A DNA stretch of 64,000 nt from a virus (lineage: Duplodnaviria; Heunggongvirae; Uroviricota; Caudoviricetes). Of this stretch, positions 27,754 through 36,993 are shown one piece after another. The stretch's first letter is position 1. The number at the start of each line of letters is the position of its first letter. A program made the translations under genes and the position numbers. The stretch spans positions 183,178-247,177 of IMG/VR virus record IMGVR_UViG_3300020048_006428. One strand, given 5' to 3'. Below the pieces are notes generated by a model. It was not told where the DNA came from, made no database searches, and saw only the letters and a program-made list of their open reading frames with translations.

Positions 27754-28140
27754 TTGGACTTAGTAATAGGTAAAAATGGTGGCTGGAAACAAGATATAAA
27801 TATTGGAAAACGTAATAATCAGAATTTCGTACAGATACCCCATTCTATGTTTATAAAAATGTTAGAATATAAATGTAAACTTAGAGGAATTAATGTCTTC
27901 TTAATAGAAGAAAGTTACACCAGTAGGTGTAGTTTTTTAGATGATGAAGATATCAAAAAACAAAAAGTTTATAAAGGAAGTAGAATAAAAAGAGGTTTAT
28001 TTAAGAGTGAAAAAGGTATTTTAATCAATGCTGATGTTAATGGATCTTTAAATATACTAAAAAAAGTAGTTGGAAAGTTTAATTATAATCCAATAGAGGT
28101 GTGTAGTATACCAATGGTAATAACCATAAAATTTAACTAA
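27754..28140 (+). pseudogene. TnpB (IS200/IS605 OrfB) C-terminal remnant
   Basis: EESYTSRCSF and ADVNGSLNILKK match TnpB RuvC-III/Zn-finger region, but only 128 aa and Zn-finger cysteines lost. Confidence 0.45.
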
Positions 28141-28262
28141 TGTCATTATTTGACACTAAATTAAGTAACTATATAGCAATATTTAGCTTGATAGAAAATC
28201 ATATATTTGGTTTTCAGGTAATACATTAAAACCGACAATCAATAACCAAATAATTTAAAACT

Positions 28263-28721
28263 ATGTTAATTTACATTTCAATAGCTATTTCAATAATTTC
28301 TGTAATAGTTTTTTCATTAAAAAGTAAAATATTTGAAGAAAATATTAAACTTAAAGATGAAATATCATCATTAAAAAATGATGTATTAAGAAAAGAATCA
28401 AGAATTAAAAATATTTTGGGTATAAATAAAGGACAAAATGCTTTATTAACACAAGAATTGGTTTTTAGACATGGATCAATTAATGAAATAAAATTTGTAG
28501 CATATTATGAAGTTGAAATATTAGAAGTTACCGATTATAAGGTTAAAGTAATTGCTAATAATGTAATAACTGATAAAAATTCTATAAATAATAATCAATC
28601 AGACATTTCTGGTTTAATCGGATTTGTTGAAAACAAATGGTTTCCTCGTTCTGATATTGAACCAATTTTAGATAAACAAACAATTAGAGAAGATAAACTA
28701 TCTAGATTAATAAAATTATGA
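28263..28721 (+). CDS. hypothetical membrane-anchored coiled-coil protein
   Basis: N-terminal TM MLIYISIAISIISVIVF. Confidence 0.35.
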   Translation: MLIYISIAISIISVIVFSLKSKIFEENIKLKDEISSLKNDVLRKESRIKNILGINKGQNALLTQELVFRHGSINEIKFVAYYEVEILEVTDYKVKVIANNVITDKNSINNNQSDISGLIGFVENKWFPRSDIEPILDKQTIREDKLSRLIKL

Positions 28722-29065
28722 AAGAGTTAACAAAAAAAGATGTATTAAATTATAATATTAAACTTACAGTTGGACAATTGAAAAAATTCATAGAAGAAAA
28801 TAACTTTTCTGATGATTCAATTGTCTTAATTCAAAGAATAGAAGATTATTATTATAAATCCGGTGGATGGGGTGTTTATTTAAAAAAAGGTGATTTTACA
28901 CACCAATTAGAAAAAACAAATGAAAAAATAAGAAGTGGTAAAATATCAGCAGAAATAATATCTGATGAACAGATTAAAGCAAGTATGGAAGAATATAGTC
29001 CAGCTACAATGTGTGTTAGATATCAGGATGATAAAGATATTTTATTTATAAATCTACATTATTAA
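28718..29065 (+). CDS. hypothetical protein
   Basis: ORF, start overlaps upstream stop. Confidence 0.35.
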   Translation: MKELTKKDVLNYNIKLTVGQLKKFIEENNFSDDSIVLIQRIEDYYYKSGGWGVYLKKGDFTHQLEKTNEKIRSGKISAEIISDEQIKASMEEYSPATMCVRYQDDKDILFINLHY

Positions 29066-29079
29066 AAATAACAAATAGA

Positions 29080-29277
29080 ATGATACAACCAATTACAGAA
29101 AGAGAATGGATGGGGCTAACACTTGAACAAGCCACAAATAAAGCAAACGGTATAAATTATATTATACGTATAGTTGAAACAAATGGGAAATCATTAATGC
29201 TTGACACAAGTGTTAAATCAAATAGAGTAAATATAAGATTAAGGGATGATATTATAATTGGTCTTTATACTGGATAA
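29080..29277 (+). CDS. small hypothetical protein
   Basis: ORF. Confidence 0.3.
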   Translation: MIQPITEREWMGLTLEQATNKANGINYIIRIVETNGKSLMLDTSVKSNRVNIRLRDDIIIGLYTG

Positions 29278-29340
29278 ATATGAAACTAAAACAAAAATAA
29301 CCTTTATATAGTAATCCAATAAGATATTTTATATCTAAAT

Positions 29341-29360
29341 ATTAATATATAAAAAAAAGA
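29341..29360 (+). promoter_or_regulatory. ATTAATATATAAAAAAAAGA class-2-like motif
   Basis: 10 nt before ATG 29370. Confidence 0.3.
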
Positions 29361-29369
29361 AGTAATGAA

Positions 29370-30479
29370 ATGATTATTAACCTCAAGAGTCAAACAGATT
29401 TATCCGGATTCTATATTATTTATGAAGGATCAACTAATTTAGAAAAACCTGGTTGGTATGGATTATCACATTTAATGGAGCATTTAATGTGCAAAAATTT
29501 TGAACATCTTAGAGAAGATTTTGAAAGAGAAGGAATAGATTGGAATGCATTTACAGATAGTAATAATGTAGTTTTCTATTTTACTGGTTTAGAAGAAAAC
29601 ATAAACGCACGTAAATATGAAATTTTTGACTTAATTTCACAATTCAACATTACTAAAGAAGACTTTGAAAAAGAAAGAAATATTGTACTTCAAGAATATA
29701 CAGATTATTTTGGAAAACAAACAGAATCACACACTTTAAATTTAGGTAGAAAACTATTTTTGGATTATGATCCAATTGGAAAAAGAAAAGATTTAGAAAG
29801 TCTTAAATTTATGGATTGCCTTAATTTCTTTGAATTACAATTTCAAAACCCAACAAAGATTATTAATGTATCAGCTAAAACCAAGTTTGATAGAAATGAT
29901 ATAGATTTTTTTGTTCCAAATATTAATAAGAAAGTTAAATTTGGACCCTATCAAGAAGCTACTATTGAAAAGATGAATGATTTTGGTGATAAATCTTCTT
30001 TGATTATGGTTTCACCTATATCAGAATCCGACTTTGATTATATCACTTTTATTAATAGTATGTTATCATCCGGATTGTCTTCACCCCTTTATAAAGAAGT
30101 AAGAGAAAAAAGAGGATTAGTATACTATATTAGATGTTCTCAAGTAAGACTTTTTAATCAAGGAATTACTAAAATTAGCACACAAACATTTCATAAAAAT
30201 GTTGAAGATGTTTATGATGCAGTACGAACTGTAATTAGTAATCCAAATAAATATATCACTAAAAAAAGATTAGAAACTATTAGAGAATATTATTTAATTA
30301 AGTTAAAAAAGGATAAGATTAATCAATTTAGTAATGTAAATCATTGGATGTTACCGAAAGGTTGGTCTGTTAAAGATATTGTTGAAAAAGTTAACATAAA
30401 CAAAATTAGAGAAGTTTATGATAAATATTTTGACTTTGATAATTTTTATTTATCAAATGATAAAACAGAATTTAAATAA
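29370..30479 (+). CDS. M16-family (insulinase-like) zinc peptidase, single-domain
   Basis: inverted zinc motif GLSHLMEHLMCK (HxxEH) followed by NAFTDSNNVVFY. Confidence 0.55.
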   Translation: MIINLKSQTDLSGFYIIYEGSTNLEKPGWYGLSHLMEHLMCKNFEHLREDFEREGIDWNAFTDSNNVVFYFTGLEENINARKYEIFDLISQFNITKEDFEKERNIVLQEYTDYFGKQTESHTLNLGRKLFLDYDPIGKRKDLESLKFMDCLNFFELQFQNPTKIINVSAKTKFDRNDIDFFVPNINKKVKFGPYQEATIEKMNDFGDKSSLIMVSPISESDFDYITFINSMLSSGLSSPLYKEVREKRGLVYYIRCSQVRLFNQGITKISTQTFHKNVEDVYDAVRTVISNPNKYITKKRLETIREYYLIKLKKDKINQFSNVNHWMLPKGWSVKDIVEKVNINKIREVYDKYFDFDNFYLSNDKTEFK

Positions 30480-30505
30480 AATTTTTTTTATCCAAAAAGT
30501 TTCCA

Positions 30506-30513
30506 TATCTTTG
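30506..30513 (+). promoter_or_regulatory. sigmaA-type -7-like element TATCTTTG
   Basis: 22 nt before ATG 30535. Confidence 0.35.
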
Positions 30514-30534
30514 TTCTAATAAAAAATTAAGAAA

Positions 30535-30768
30535 ATGGAAAATATATCTATCAATGGCATAACATATAAAACCACAAAAGAAGAAATTAAACCTTCTGAA
30601 AAATTTATTTCTTTTCTATATGATGAAAATGATGAACCAGTATATGGTGTTTATACTTGTATGCATAAACACATAGGTGAATTTGAAAGTCATTATACAA
30701 CAGAAGAAAAAATTAATAATAGACATTTAATTTTTGATGTTAACACATGTTATAAAATATTTAATTAA
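30535..30768 (+). CDS. small hypothetical protein
   Basis: ORF. Confidence 0.35.
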   Translation: MENISINGITYKTTKEEIKPSEKFISFLYDENDEPVYGVYTCMHKHIGEFESHYTTEEKINNRHLIFDVNTCYKIFN

Positions 30769-30769
30769 T

Positions 30770-31201
30770 ATGAATAAGATAGTAAATAGAAAAGCAAATT
30801 ATGAATACCACAATATTAAAGAATATATTGCAGGTATTCAATTGCTTGGATCAGAAGTAAAATCACTAAGAAAAGGTGAATGTAATATAACAGAAGCATA
30901 TTGTTATATTATAAACAATGAAGTATTTTTAAAAAATATGTATATTGCAAGACACGACCAATCTTTGATAAATCACGAAGAAAAACGTGATAGAAAATTA
31001 CTTCTTTCTAAAAAAGAAATTAGAGATATTTCTAAAATGGTTAGAGAAAATGGAATAACTTTAATTCCATTGGAACTTTTTACCAAGCAAGGACTGTTTA
31101 AGTTTAAAATATCAGTTGTAAAAGGCAAAAAGGATTTTGATAAAAGAAATTCTTTGCGGGAGAAAGACGCTAAGAGAGAAATGGAAAAATCTTTAAAATA
31201 A
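30770..31201 (+). CDS. smpB: SsrA-binding protein SmpB
   Basis: VNRKANYEYHNI..GIQLLGSEVKSLRKGECNITEAY..RKLLLSKKEI..VKGKKDFDKR aligns along full length with E. coli SmpB. Confidence 0.8.
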   Translation: MNKIVNRKANYEYHNIKEYIAGIQLLGSEVKSLRKGECNITEAYCYIINNEVFLKNMYIARHDQSLINHEEKRDRKLLLSKKEIRDISKMVRENGITLIPLELFTKQGLFKFKISVVKGKKDFDKRNSLREKDAKREMEKSLK

Positions 31202-31369
31202 ATAAATATATTAAGATTAAAATCTTTATATATAATATATGATGAAGTATACAAAAAAGACCAGATTTCTAATAAAGAAAGAAACAAAGAAGAAATAGAA
31301 TACTATATCTTTGCAGATTGGTATTTTCATAATGTAGTATGTGAATAATTAACTTTTTAAAAAAGCCTA

Positions 31370-31573
31370 ATGAATAAAATTAAACTTATTGCTAAAAACA
31401 TAATCCTTTGGGTTATGTTTATTTTAATCGGAAACTTATATGCCGAATATATTATAAGCAGAGAAATGTTTGCATTTATACAAATTGTTTCAAGCTTATT
31501 TATGATTGGATTTCTGTTTTTCAACATCTATTTTCTTATTAAATCACTTCAAAAATTTTCAACAAATGATTAG
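31370..31573 (+). CDS. small membrane protein
   Basis: two hydrophobic segments. Confidence 0.3.
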   Translation: MNKIKLIAKNIILWVMFILIGNLYAEYIISREMFAFIQIVSSLFMIGFLFFNIYFLIKSLQKFSTND

Positions 31574-32498
31574 TATTCTAATTGTATTAGTTACCATTAT
31601 CACAGCATCAACATATGCTTTCTTGTCAAAAGATAAAATGTTCATTCAAAATAAACATTCAAAATCGTTCAATATTTTTTGGACTTTTCCCATAATCGCA
31701 ATTGTTCTTATTGGTTCAGGAATTACAATGTTCCAACCATATAAACTTGAACGAGTTGATTCCGGTCATAAAGGACTAAAAGTAAATCTTACCGGAAATG
31801 ATAGGGGTGTTTCAAATTATCAATATAAAACTGGTTGGGTTCTATATAATTCCTGGATTTCACAGATGCTTGAATTTCCAACATACCAGCAACATATTGA
31901 ATATGAAGTTCAAGAAGTAATTACAAAAGGTGGATTTTCAGCATCCATAAAGCCAAGTTTTAACTATTCTCTTAGAGAAGATGCTATTGGTGATATGTTT
32001 ATAAATTTAAGATTATCTATTAAAGAAGTTGAACAGGGTTGGTTGAAAAATGCAATTGTATCATCAGTTAATGACGTTGCGAATAGATGGGAAGTTGATG
32101 AAATTTTTAATAAACGAGAAGAATTTGAATCAGCTATTATCAACGAATGTAATAAAAGGGTTTCTAAATGGTTTGTAGTATCTCAATTAAGAACAAATAT
32201 TGTTCCACCAAAGTCACTACAAGCAGCAATTGAATCTAAAACAACCGCTATTCAACAAGCACAAGCAGAAGATCAAAAAGCTAAAACCGCAGAAGCAGAA
32301 GCAAGAAAGAAAATTGCAATTGCTAAAGGTGATTCAGCAGATATTGTAATTAGAGCTAATGCAGATGCAATGGCAATTAAAATTAGACAAACTGAAATCA
32401 CCACACAATATATTGAATATATAAAAGCTGATAAGTGGAATGGTGTTCTACCAACAACTATAACAAATGGAACTGGAACATTTTTAAATATTAAATAA
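31566..32498 (+). CDS. SPFH/band-7 (prohibitin/stomatin-like) membrane protein
   Basis: N-terminal TM then SPFH-like core; C-terminal AIESKTTAIQQAQAEDQKAKTAEAEARKKIAIAKG.. typical of HflK/C-type tails. Confidence 0.5.
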   Translation: MISILIVLVTIITASTYAFLSKDKMFIQNKHSKSFNIFWTFPIIAIVLIGSGITMFQPYKLERVDSGHKGLKVNLTGNDRGVSNYQYKTGWVLYNSWISQMLEFPTYQQHIEYEVQEVITKGGFSASIKPSFNYSLREDAIGDMFINLRLSIKEVEQGWLKNAIVSSVNDVANRWEVDEIFNKREEFESAIINECNKRVSKWFVVSQLRTNIVPPKSLQAAIESKTTAIQQAQAEDQKAKTAEAEARKKIAIAKGDSADIVIRANADAMAIKIRQTEITTQYIEYIKADKWNGVLPTTITNGTGTFLNIK

Positions 32499-32774
32499 AT
32501 ATCTTGGAACTTTTCTAAACTTATATTGGTTATACATATATAACATTTAACAAACAGTAAAAATATTTTAAAAATAAATTAAAAAAGTCGAAAAGGGAAC
32601 TTTAAACTTTAATATATATTATATAATAAACAAACAAATAAAATTATGAAAGCAGTATTTTCACATAAAAACTTTAGTAAATCGTCAAAATGGTTTAGTC
32701 CATTTATCGGTTCTGATAATGTATTGCCTAATATATTTATAAGTTAATTATTAACTAATAATAAGGAATATAAA

Positions 32775-32811
32775 AATCTGAATCGACATATGTAGATTCA
32801 GATTTTTTTTT
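32775..32811 (+). terminator. terminator hairpin before tRNA cluster
   Basis: aatctgaatc gacatatgta gattcagatt + T9. Confidence 0.55.
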
Positions 32812-32822
32812 GATAAAAATAT

Positions 32823-32896
32823 GATCCTGTAGCGTAATTGGGTAACGCAAATTGCTTTTAACAATTTAGATGCAAGTTCAAATCTTGCCAGGATCA
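32823..32896 (+). tRNA. tRNA-Lys (anticodon TTT)
   Basis: acceptor gatcctg/caggatc, T-loop gcaagttcaaatcttgc, anticodon loop cttttaa. Confidence 0.6.
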
Positions 32897-32919
32897 CAAA
32901 AATATTAAATTTTAAAAAT

Positions 32920-32996
32920 GGTGATGTAGCTGAATTGGTCTAGCACCTGATTGAAGATTAGGGATTATGTGGGTTCAAATCCCATCGTCACCACCA
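32920..32996 (+). tRNA. tRNA-Phe (GAA), CCA encoded
   Basis: acceptor ggtgatg/cgtcacc, anticodon loop ttgaaga, gggttcaaatccc T-arm, 3' acca. Confidence 0.6.
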
Positions 32997-33004
32997 ATAA
33001 ATAA

Positions 33005-33086
33005 GGAAGAGTACACGCTGGAATGTGGGGCTGTTTTGAAAACAGTTAAGTCTTACGATTTGAGGGTTCGAGTCCCTCTTCTTCCT
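33005..33086 (+). tRNA. tRNA-Ser (TGA), long variable arm
   Basis: acceptor ggaagag/ttcttcc, anticodon loop tttgaaa, T-arm gagggttcgagtccctc. Confidence 0.5.
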
Positions 33087-33097
33087 CAAATTACATT

Positions 33098-33169
33098 TTG
33101 TATGAACCCAAATGGCGAGGGACAATATTGTGAATATTGGTTTAGCGAGTTCGATCCTCGTCATACAAG
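33098..33169 (+). tRNA. tRNA with anticodon GTG (His-like but no G-1)
   Basis: acceptor ttgtatg/catacaa, anticodon stem caata/tattg loop ttgtgaa, T-arm gcgagttcgatcctcgt. Confidence 0.4.
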
Positions 33170-33180
33170 CAAAATTATAT

Positions 33181-33268
33181 GGAAGCGTAGCATAATGGTA
33201 ATGCAGCAGTCTTGAAAACTGCCGTGTCGTGTAAAAGCGGCTTGTGAGTTCGAATCTCACCGCTTCTT
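33181..33268 (+). tRNA. tRNA-Ser (TGA), long variable arm
   Basis: anticodon stem gcagt/actgc loop cttgaaa; T-arm gtgagttcgaatctcac. Confidence 0.5.
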
Positions 33269-33275
33269 CTAAAAT

Positions 33276-33363
33276 GGAAGATTGACAGAATGGTATTGTG
33301 CTGTCCTGCTAAGACAAGGCTATCGGTAACACCGGTACATAGGTTCGAATCCTATATCTTCCG
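33276..33363 (+). tRNA. tRNA-Ser (GCT), long variable arm
   Basis: acceptor ggaagat/atcttcc perfect; anticodon loop ctgctaa; T-arm ataggttcgaatcctat. Confidence 0.5.
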
Positions 33364-33372
33364 CAAAATTTT

Positions 33373-33448
33373 GGTGATGTAGCTGAATGGTCTAGCACCT
33401 GATTGAAGATCAGGGATTATGTGGGTTCAAGTCCCACCATCACCACCA
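33373..33448 (+). tRNA. tRNA-Phe (GAA), CCA encoded, second copy
   Basis: acceptor ggtgatg/catcacc; anticodon stem cctga/tcagg loop ttgaaga; 3' acca. Confidence 0.6.
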
Positions 33449-33451
33449 AAT

Positions 33452-33524
33452 AGGGATATAGTTCAATGGTTTAGAATAATCGGTTCCAACCCGATTGATG
33501 TGGGTTCGAATCCTACTGTCCCTG
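33452..33524 (+). tRNA. tRNA-Trp (CCA)
   Basis: anticodon stem atcgg/ccgat loop ttccaac; T-arm gtgggttcgaatcctac; acceptor agggata/tgtccct. Confidence 0.6.
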
Positions 33525-33708
33525 CAAACTTTTTTAAAATTTAAAAACATTTAGAAAAATAAAGTAACAAATATATGGAATGTCCAAAATGTAAAAATGA
33601 TGAAAATCTACATTATAATTTAGATTATTCTAAAAAAGAATTACCCATAATTGATTCTTTGTAATGAATGTGGTGAATTATTTGAATGTAAAGAAGAAAA
33701 GTAAACAT

Positions 33709-33781
33709 GGTGTGTGTAGCTCAGAGGCAGAGCATTCGGTTGTGATTCGAAATGTCGGGATATCGTAATTCCTCATGCACC
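33709..33781 (+). tRNA. tRNA-His (GTG) with G-1:C73
   Basis: D-arm tagctcagaggcagagca; anticodon stem ttcgg/tcgaa loop ttgtgat; extra 5' G pairing with discriminator C; T-loop unusual. Confidence 0.45.
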
Positions 33782-33799
33782 CAAAAAAATTATACAATT

Positions 33800-33873
33800 G
33801 GCACTATACCCGTAAAGGCATCCGGAATTGATTCTTGCTCAAAATTATGTAGGTTCGACTCCTACTAGTGTCA
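33800..33873 (+). tRNA. tRNA-like, possibly Lys (CTT)
   Basis: acceptor ggcacta/tagtgtc; T-arm gtaggttcgactcctac; anticodon loop ttcttgc; D-stem imperfect. Confidence 0.3.
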
Positions 33874-34253
33874 CACAAACTAAAAAAATATATATGATAA
33901 TCCACAAGCACGAAAATTCTGATAGTATGTCAGAATATGAATATAAAGATTTAGAAGCACTTGATATAGATGAAATCTGGTATAAATATAATTGTGGTAG
34001 CTATGAAGGTAGTGGTCAACTAATTGCAAGAAAGGCGATTTGTTTTCACATCATGATATGGGGCATTGTTCTTGTTATGGTGGTGTTGAAAGATTTGAAT
34101 TTAATGGTAGACCTTTAGATGAATTAATATCTTATCTAAAGAAAAATCAAGAATATTATTATAATGAAATAATGGAAGTTTTGAGTTTTATGAAAGTTTA
34201 TATTAGAAATTTAAATAATTAGGAAGATAAACTGTTTTGGTGAACAGTCACGA

Positions 34254-34808
34254 TTGGAAATCGTTGAGTACGTAGTTATGTATCAGTTTCGATTACTGTA
34301 TCTTCCGCTATATATGATGTCATTTGATGAATTTTGGGAATGTTTTGATGAAGCATTTAATGATCCAATCCAAATAAAGTGGATTGATAAACCTTATGAA
34401 TACATAGGGTTATTTACTTTGAATAATAAAGTCTATAATATTTATACTATAAATAAAGGTGATAATATTTGGACTTTTAAATTTTATGTTTATTTAGATG
34501 GTAAATTATCACCTAATCTAACAAATGATTATAAAAATATGTTTAGGGTTTTACCAACAATTAAACAAGGATTTATTGATCTTATAAATGAAAAAAATCC
34601 AGATGGTATAATATTTGGTGCTTTAGATGAATCAGAAGTAAGAAAGAAACTATATAATAGTTTTTCTATTGATATATCAAAGCAATTTGATTATGAATAT
34701 ACATCAAAAGAAAAAGATAATAAGAAAATTTATATCTTATATAAACCAAATATAAATAAAGAAATACTTTTTAATAAAATAATTCAAATTACAACTGATG
34801 AAATATGA
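34254..34808 (+). CDS. hypothetical protein
   Basis: ORF after tRNA cluster. Confidence 0.4.
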   Translation: MEIVEYVVMYQFRLLYLPLYMMSFDEFWECFDEAFNDPIQIKWIDKPYEYIGLFTLNNKVYNIYTINKGDNIWTFKFYVYLDGKLSPNLTNDYKNMFRVLPTIKQGFIDLINEKNPDGIIFGALDESEVRKKLYNSFSIDISKQFDYEYTSKEKDNKKIYILYKPNINKEILFNKIIQITTDEI

Positions 34809-35026
34809 AAAAGAAAGACAATATAGAAATTCAAAAAGAATTTGATGACAAGGTTAAAAATATCAAAAAGCGAAAGCGTTCTTTAGATAAATTAACCGAT
34901 CCTTTTTTAAAGAAGAAAATTAAAAAAGATTTAAATAATGAATATCGTTCATCCAAACGTTCTGAAAAAAATGAAATAAAACAATGGATGAAAGATCAAA
35001 TAAACAAAGACGATGAAACAATATGA
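34805..35026 (+). CDS. small lysine-rich hypothetical protein
   Basis: ORF overlapping neighbours by ATGA. Confidence 0.35.
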   Translation: MKKKDNIEIQKEFDDKVKNIKKRKRSLDKLTDPFLKKKIKKDLNNEYRSSKRSEKNEIKQWMKDQINKDDETI

Positions 35027-35663
35027 TAAAATAGAGTATTATAATAAAATTCCATTTGGATTAGATTGTATTGCTTTTGATAAATTAGATGGTTCAAATT
35101 TAAGATTTGAATGGGGTGCTAAAAAAGGTTGGTATAAATTTGGAACTAGAAATGTAATGATTGATAGGACTAATGAGCAATTTGGAATTGGAATTGATAT
35201 TTTTTTAAATAAATATGGTGAAAAATTAGATAATATATTCAAAACTAAGTATAAAAAAGTACTTAGTTTTGTAGTTTTTTGTGAATTTTATGGTGATAAT
35301 TCTTTTGCAGGGCAACATCTTGAATCAGATTCAAAAGATGTTGTTCTTTTTGATGTTAATCAATATCAAAAGGGAATTATTGATCCATTTGAATTTGTTG
35401 ATAATTTTGGTGAATTAGGTATACCAAAAATTATTTATAAAGGTGATTTCAATGAAGAACTTGTATCTGATATAAAAAATAATAAATACAACTTATCCGA
35501 AGGTGTAATTATAAAAGGTATAAAAAAGACAAAGAAATCAAGTGAAGTTTTTATGGCTAAAATAAAAACAAAAGAATGGTTGAATAAAGTAAAAGATAAA
35601 TTTGGGGAGAATTATCTATTGGATGAATTAAATGGTGATCAAAATTTAATAAACGAATATTAA
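35013..35663 (+). CDS. RNA ligase (Rnl2-type nucleotidyltransferase)
   Basis: motif I DKLDGSN, motif III FCEFYG, motif IV EGVIIKG. Confidence 0.6.
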   Translation: MKQYDKIEYYNKIPFGLDCIAFDKLDGSNLRFEWGAKKGWYKFGTRNVMIDRTNEQFGIGIDIFLNKYGEKLDNIFKTKYKKVLSFVVFCEFYGDNSFAGQHLESDSKDVVLFDVNQYQKGIIDPFEFVDNFGELGIPKIIYKGDFNEELVSDIKNNKYNLSEGVIIKGIKKTKKSSEVFMAKIKTKEWLNKVKDKFGENYLLDELNGDQNLINEY

Positions 35664-35664
35664 A

Positions 35665-36378
35665 ATGAATACAAAGAAAAGATTTAAAAATCTAAGGTGT
35701 ATATCTCCGGAATATCAAAGAATACCACACTTTAACAAAGAAATATCTAATATGACTTTTGATGATATCGAATTGGATATACCAATTCAATTCCCATTTG
35801 AATGTTGGATTATGGAAAAAGTTGATGGTGCTAATATGGGTGTATCTTGGATTAATAGTGCTATATTAAGGAATAGAAACAATATTCTTAAAAAAGGATA
35901 TATTGAAAAAGACACACCAGCTAAATTGCAATTTAGACCAGCTTGGAATTGGATAAATGAACATAATAAAGATATTCAATTTATATCTAAAGAATGTCAT
36001 TCACCAGTAACAATATATGGGGAATGGCTTTATGCTAAACATTCAATAGAATATGATAAATTACCTGATTATTTTTTAGCTTATGATATATGGGTTGTTG
36101 AAGATATAAATTTCTTAGCACCTGATAAAGTTGAAGAGTTGTTAAAACAAACAAATATATCATATATCAAACCAATTAAAACTGTTTTAAATTCTATTGA
36201 TGATATAATTCAATTTTCTGAAATGCAATCTGATTTCAGAAATGGTATAGTTGAAGGGATAGTTGTTAAAACAGCAGATGGTAGATTCTTAAAAGATACT
36301 TGGAAAGTAGTAAATAAATATTTTAAAAGAACTGATGATTTCCATATTGAATTAATTAAAAACAAGTTGAAGAAATGA
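35665..36378 (+). CDS. RNA ligase-like nucleotidyltransferase, second tandem copy
   Basis: motif I EKVDGAN, III IYGEWL, IV EGIVVKTADG. Confidence 0.55.
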   Translation: MNTKKRFKNLRCISPEYQRIPHFNKEISNMTFDDIELDIPIQFPFECWIMEKVDGANMGVSWINSAILRNRNNILKKGYIEKDTPAKLQFRPAWNWINEHNKDIQFISKECHSPVTIYGEWLYAKHSIEYDKLPDYFLAYDIWVVEDINFLAPDKVEELLKQTNISYIKPIKTVLNSIDDIIQFSEMQSDFRNGIVEGIVVKTADGRFLKDTWKVVNKYFKRTDDFHIELIKNKLKK

Positions 36379-36971
36379 AAAACATAACCAAAAAAATAGC
36401 TAAAATAAGAATTATAAATTATATTGTAATGATAGCAGTTATAGCAATTACATTGATACCAACTACAATTTATAGTTTAGATTATACCTGGTGGTTATGG
36501 CCAATATTTGTTTTTGAAATGTTATTTATAACAATTGCCGTAGAAAGGGTAGATGGTAAAATTAAAACACTTGATGATTTGATATCAAATTCATATAAAC
36601 CAATTGGAATTACTATAAATAGACATAAAATATCAATAGCTGATCAAACAGAAGGTTATATCATAACAGTTGTGTTTCATATGAGGTTTTTTAATAAGAT
36701 AAGATATGTACAAAAGTATAATGATCCTTTTGGTAGATCATTTAAATATTTAGATGATTACACAGAACGCAACAGTATTAAAATTAAATCTGATGAGTTA
36801 GTATCTGTTTCCAATATTATACTAACCTCAAATGCATCAGAAGCACATACATTTGAATCAAAAAGTGAATGTGATGCAGTATCACGTCAGATAATAAATA
36901 TGTTTCCTATGGATGTATTATCTGAAAAACAATCAACTGTTCTGCCTTATTCAGAGGATTATTATTTTTGA
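36375..36971 (+). CDS. integral membrane protein
   Basis: two long hydrophobic helices near N-terminus. Confidence 0.4.
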   Translation: MKNITKKIAKIRIINYIVMIAVIAITLIPTTIYSLDYTWWLWPIFVFEMLFITIAVERVDGKIKTLDDLISNSYKPIGITINRHKISIADQTEGYIITVVFHMRFFNKIRYVQKYNDPFGRSFKYLDDYTERNSIKIKSDELVSVSNIILTSNASEAHTFESKSECDAVSRQIINMFPMDVLSEKQSTVLPYSEDYYF

Positions 36972-36993
36972 TAAATAATATATAAAAGAAAAA

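Noticed and set aside
32967-33260. ORFs 32967..33215 (+) and 32988..33260 (-) in the supplied track
   Set aside because: They lie entirely over the tRNA gene cluster (tRNA-Phe, Ser, His-like, Ser), so they are spurious reading frames across structural RNA genes.
33828-34222. ORFs 33828..34118 and 34040..34222
   Set aside because: The first starts inside the tRNA-like sequence at 33800-33873. Both are short, overlap each other and have odd composition. They are possibly real small genes, but I did not annotate them for lack of support.
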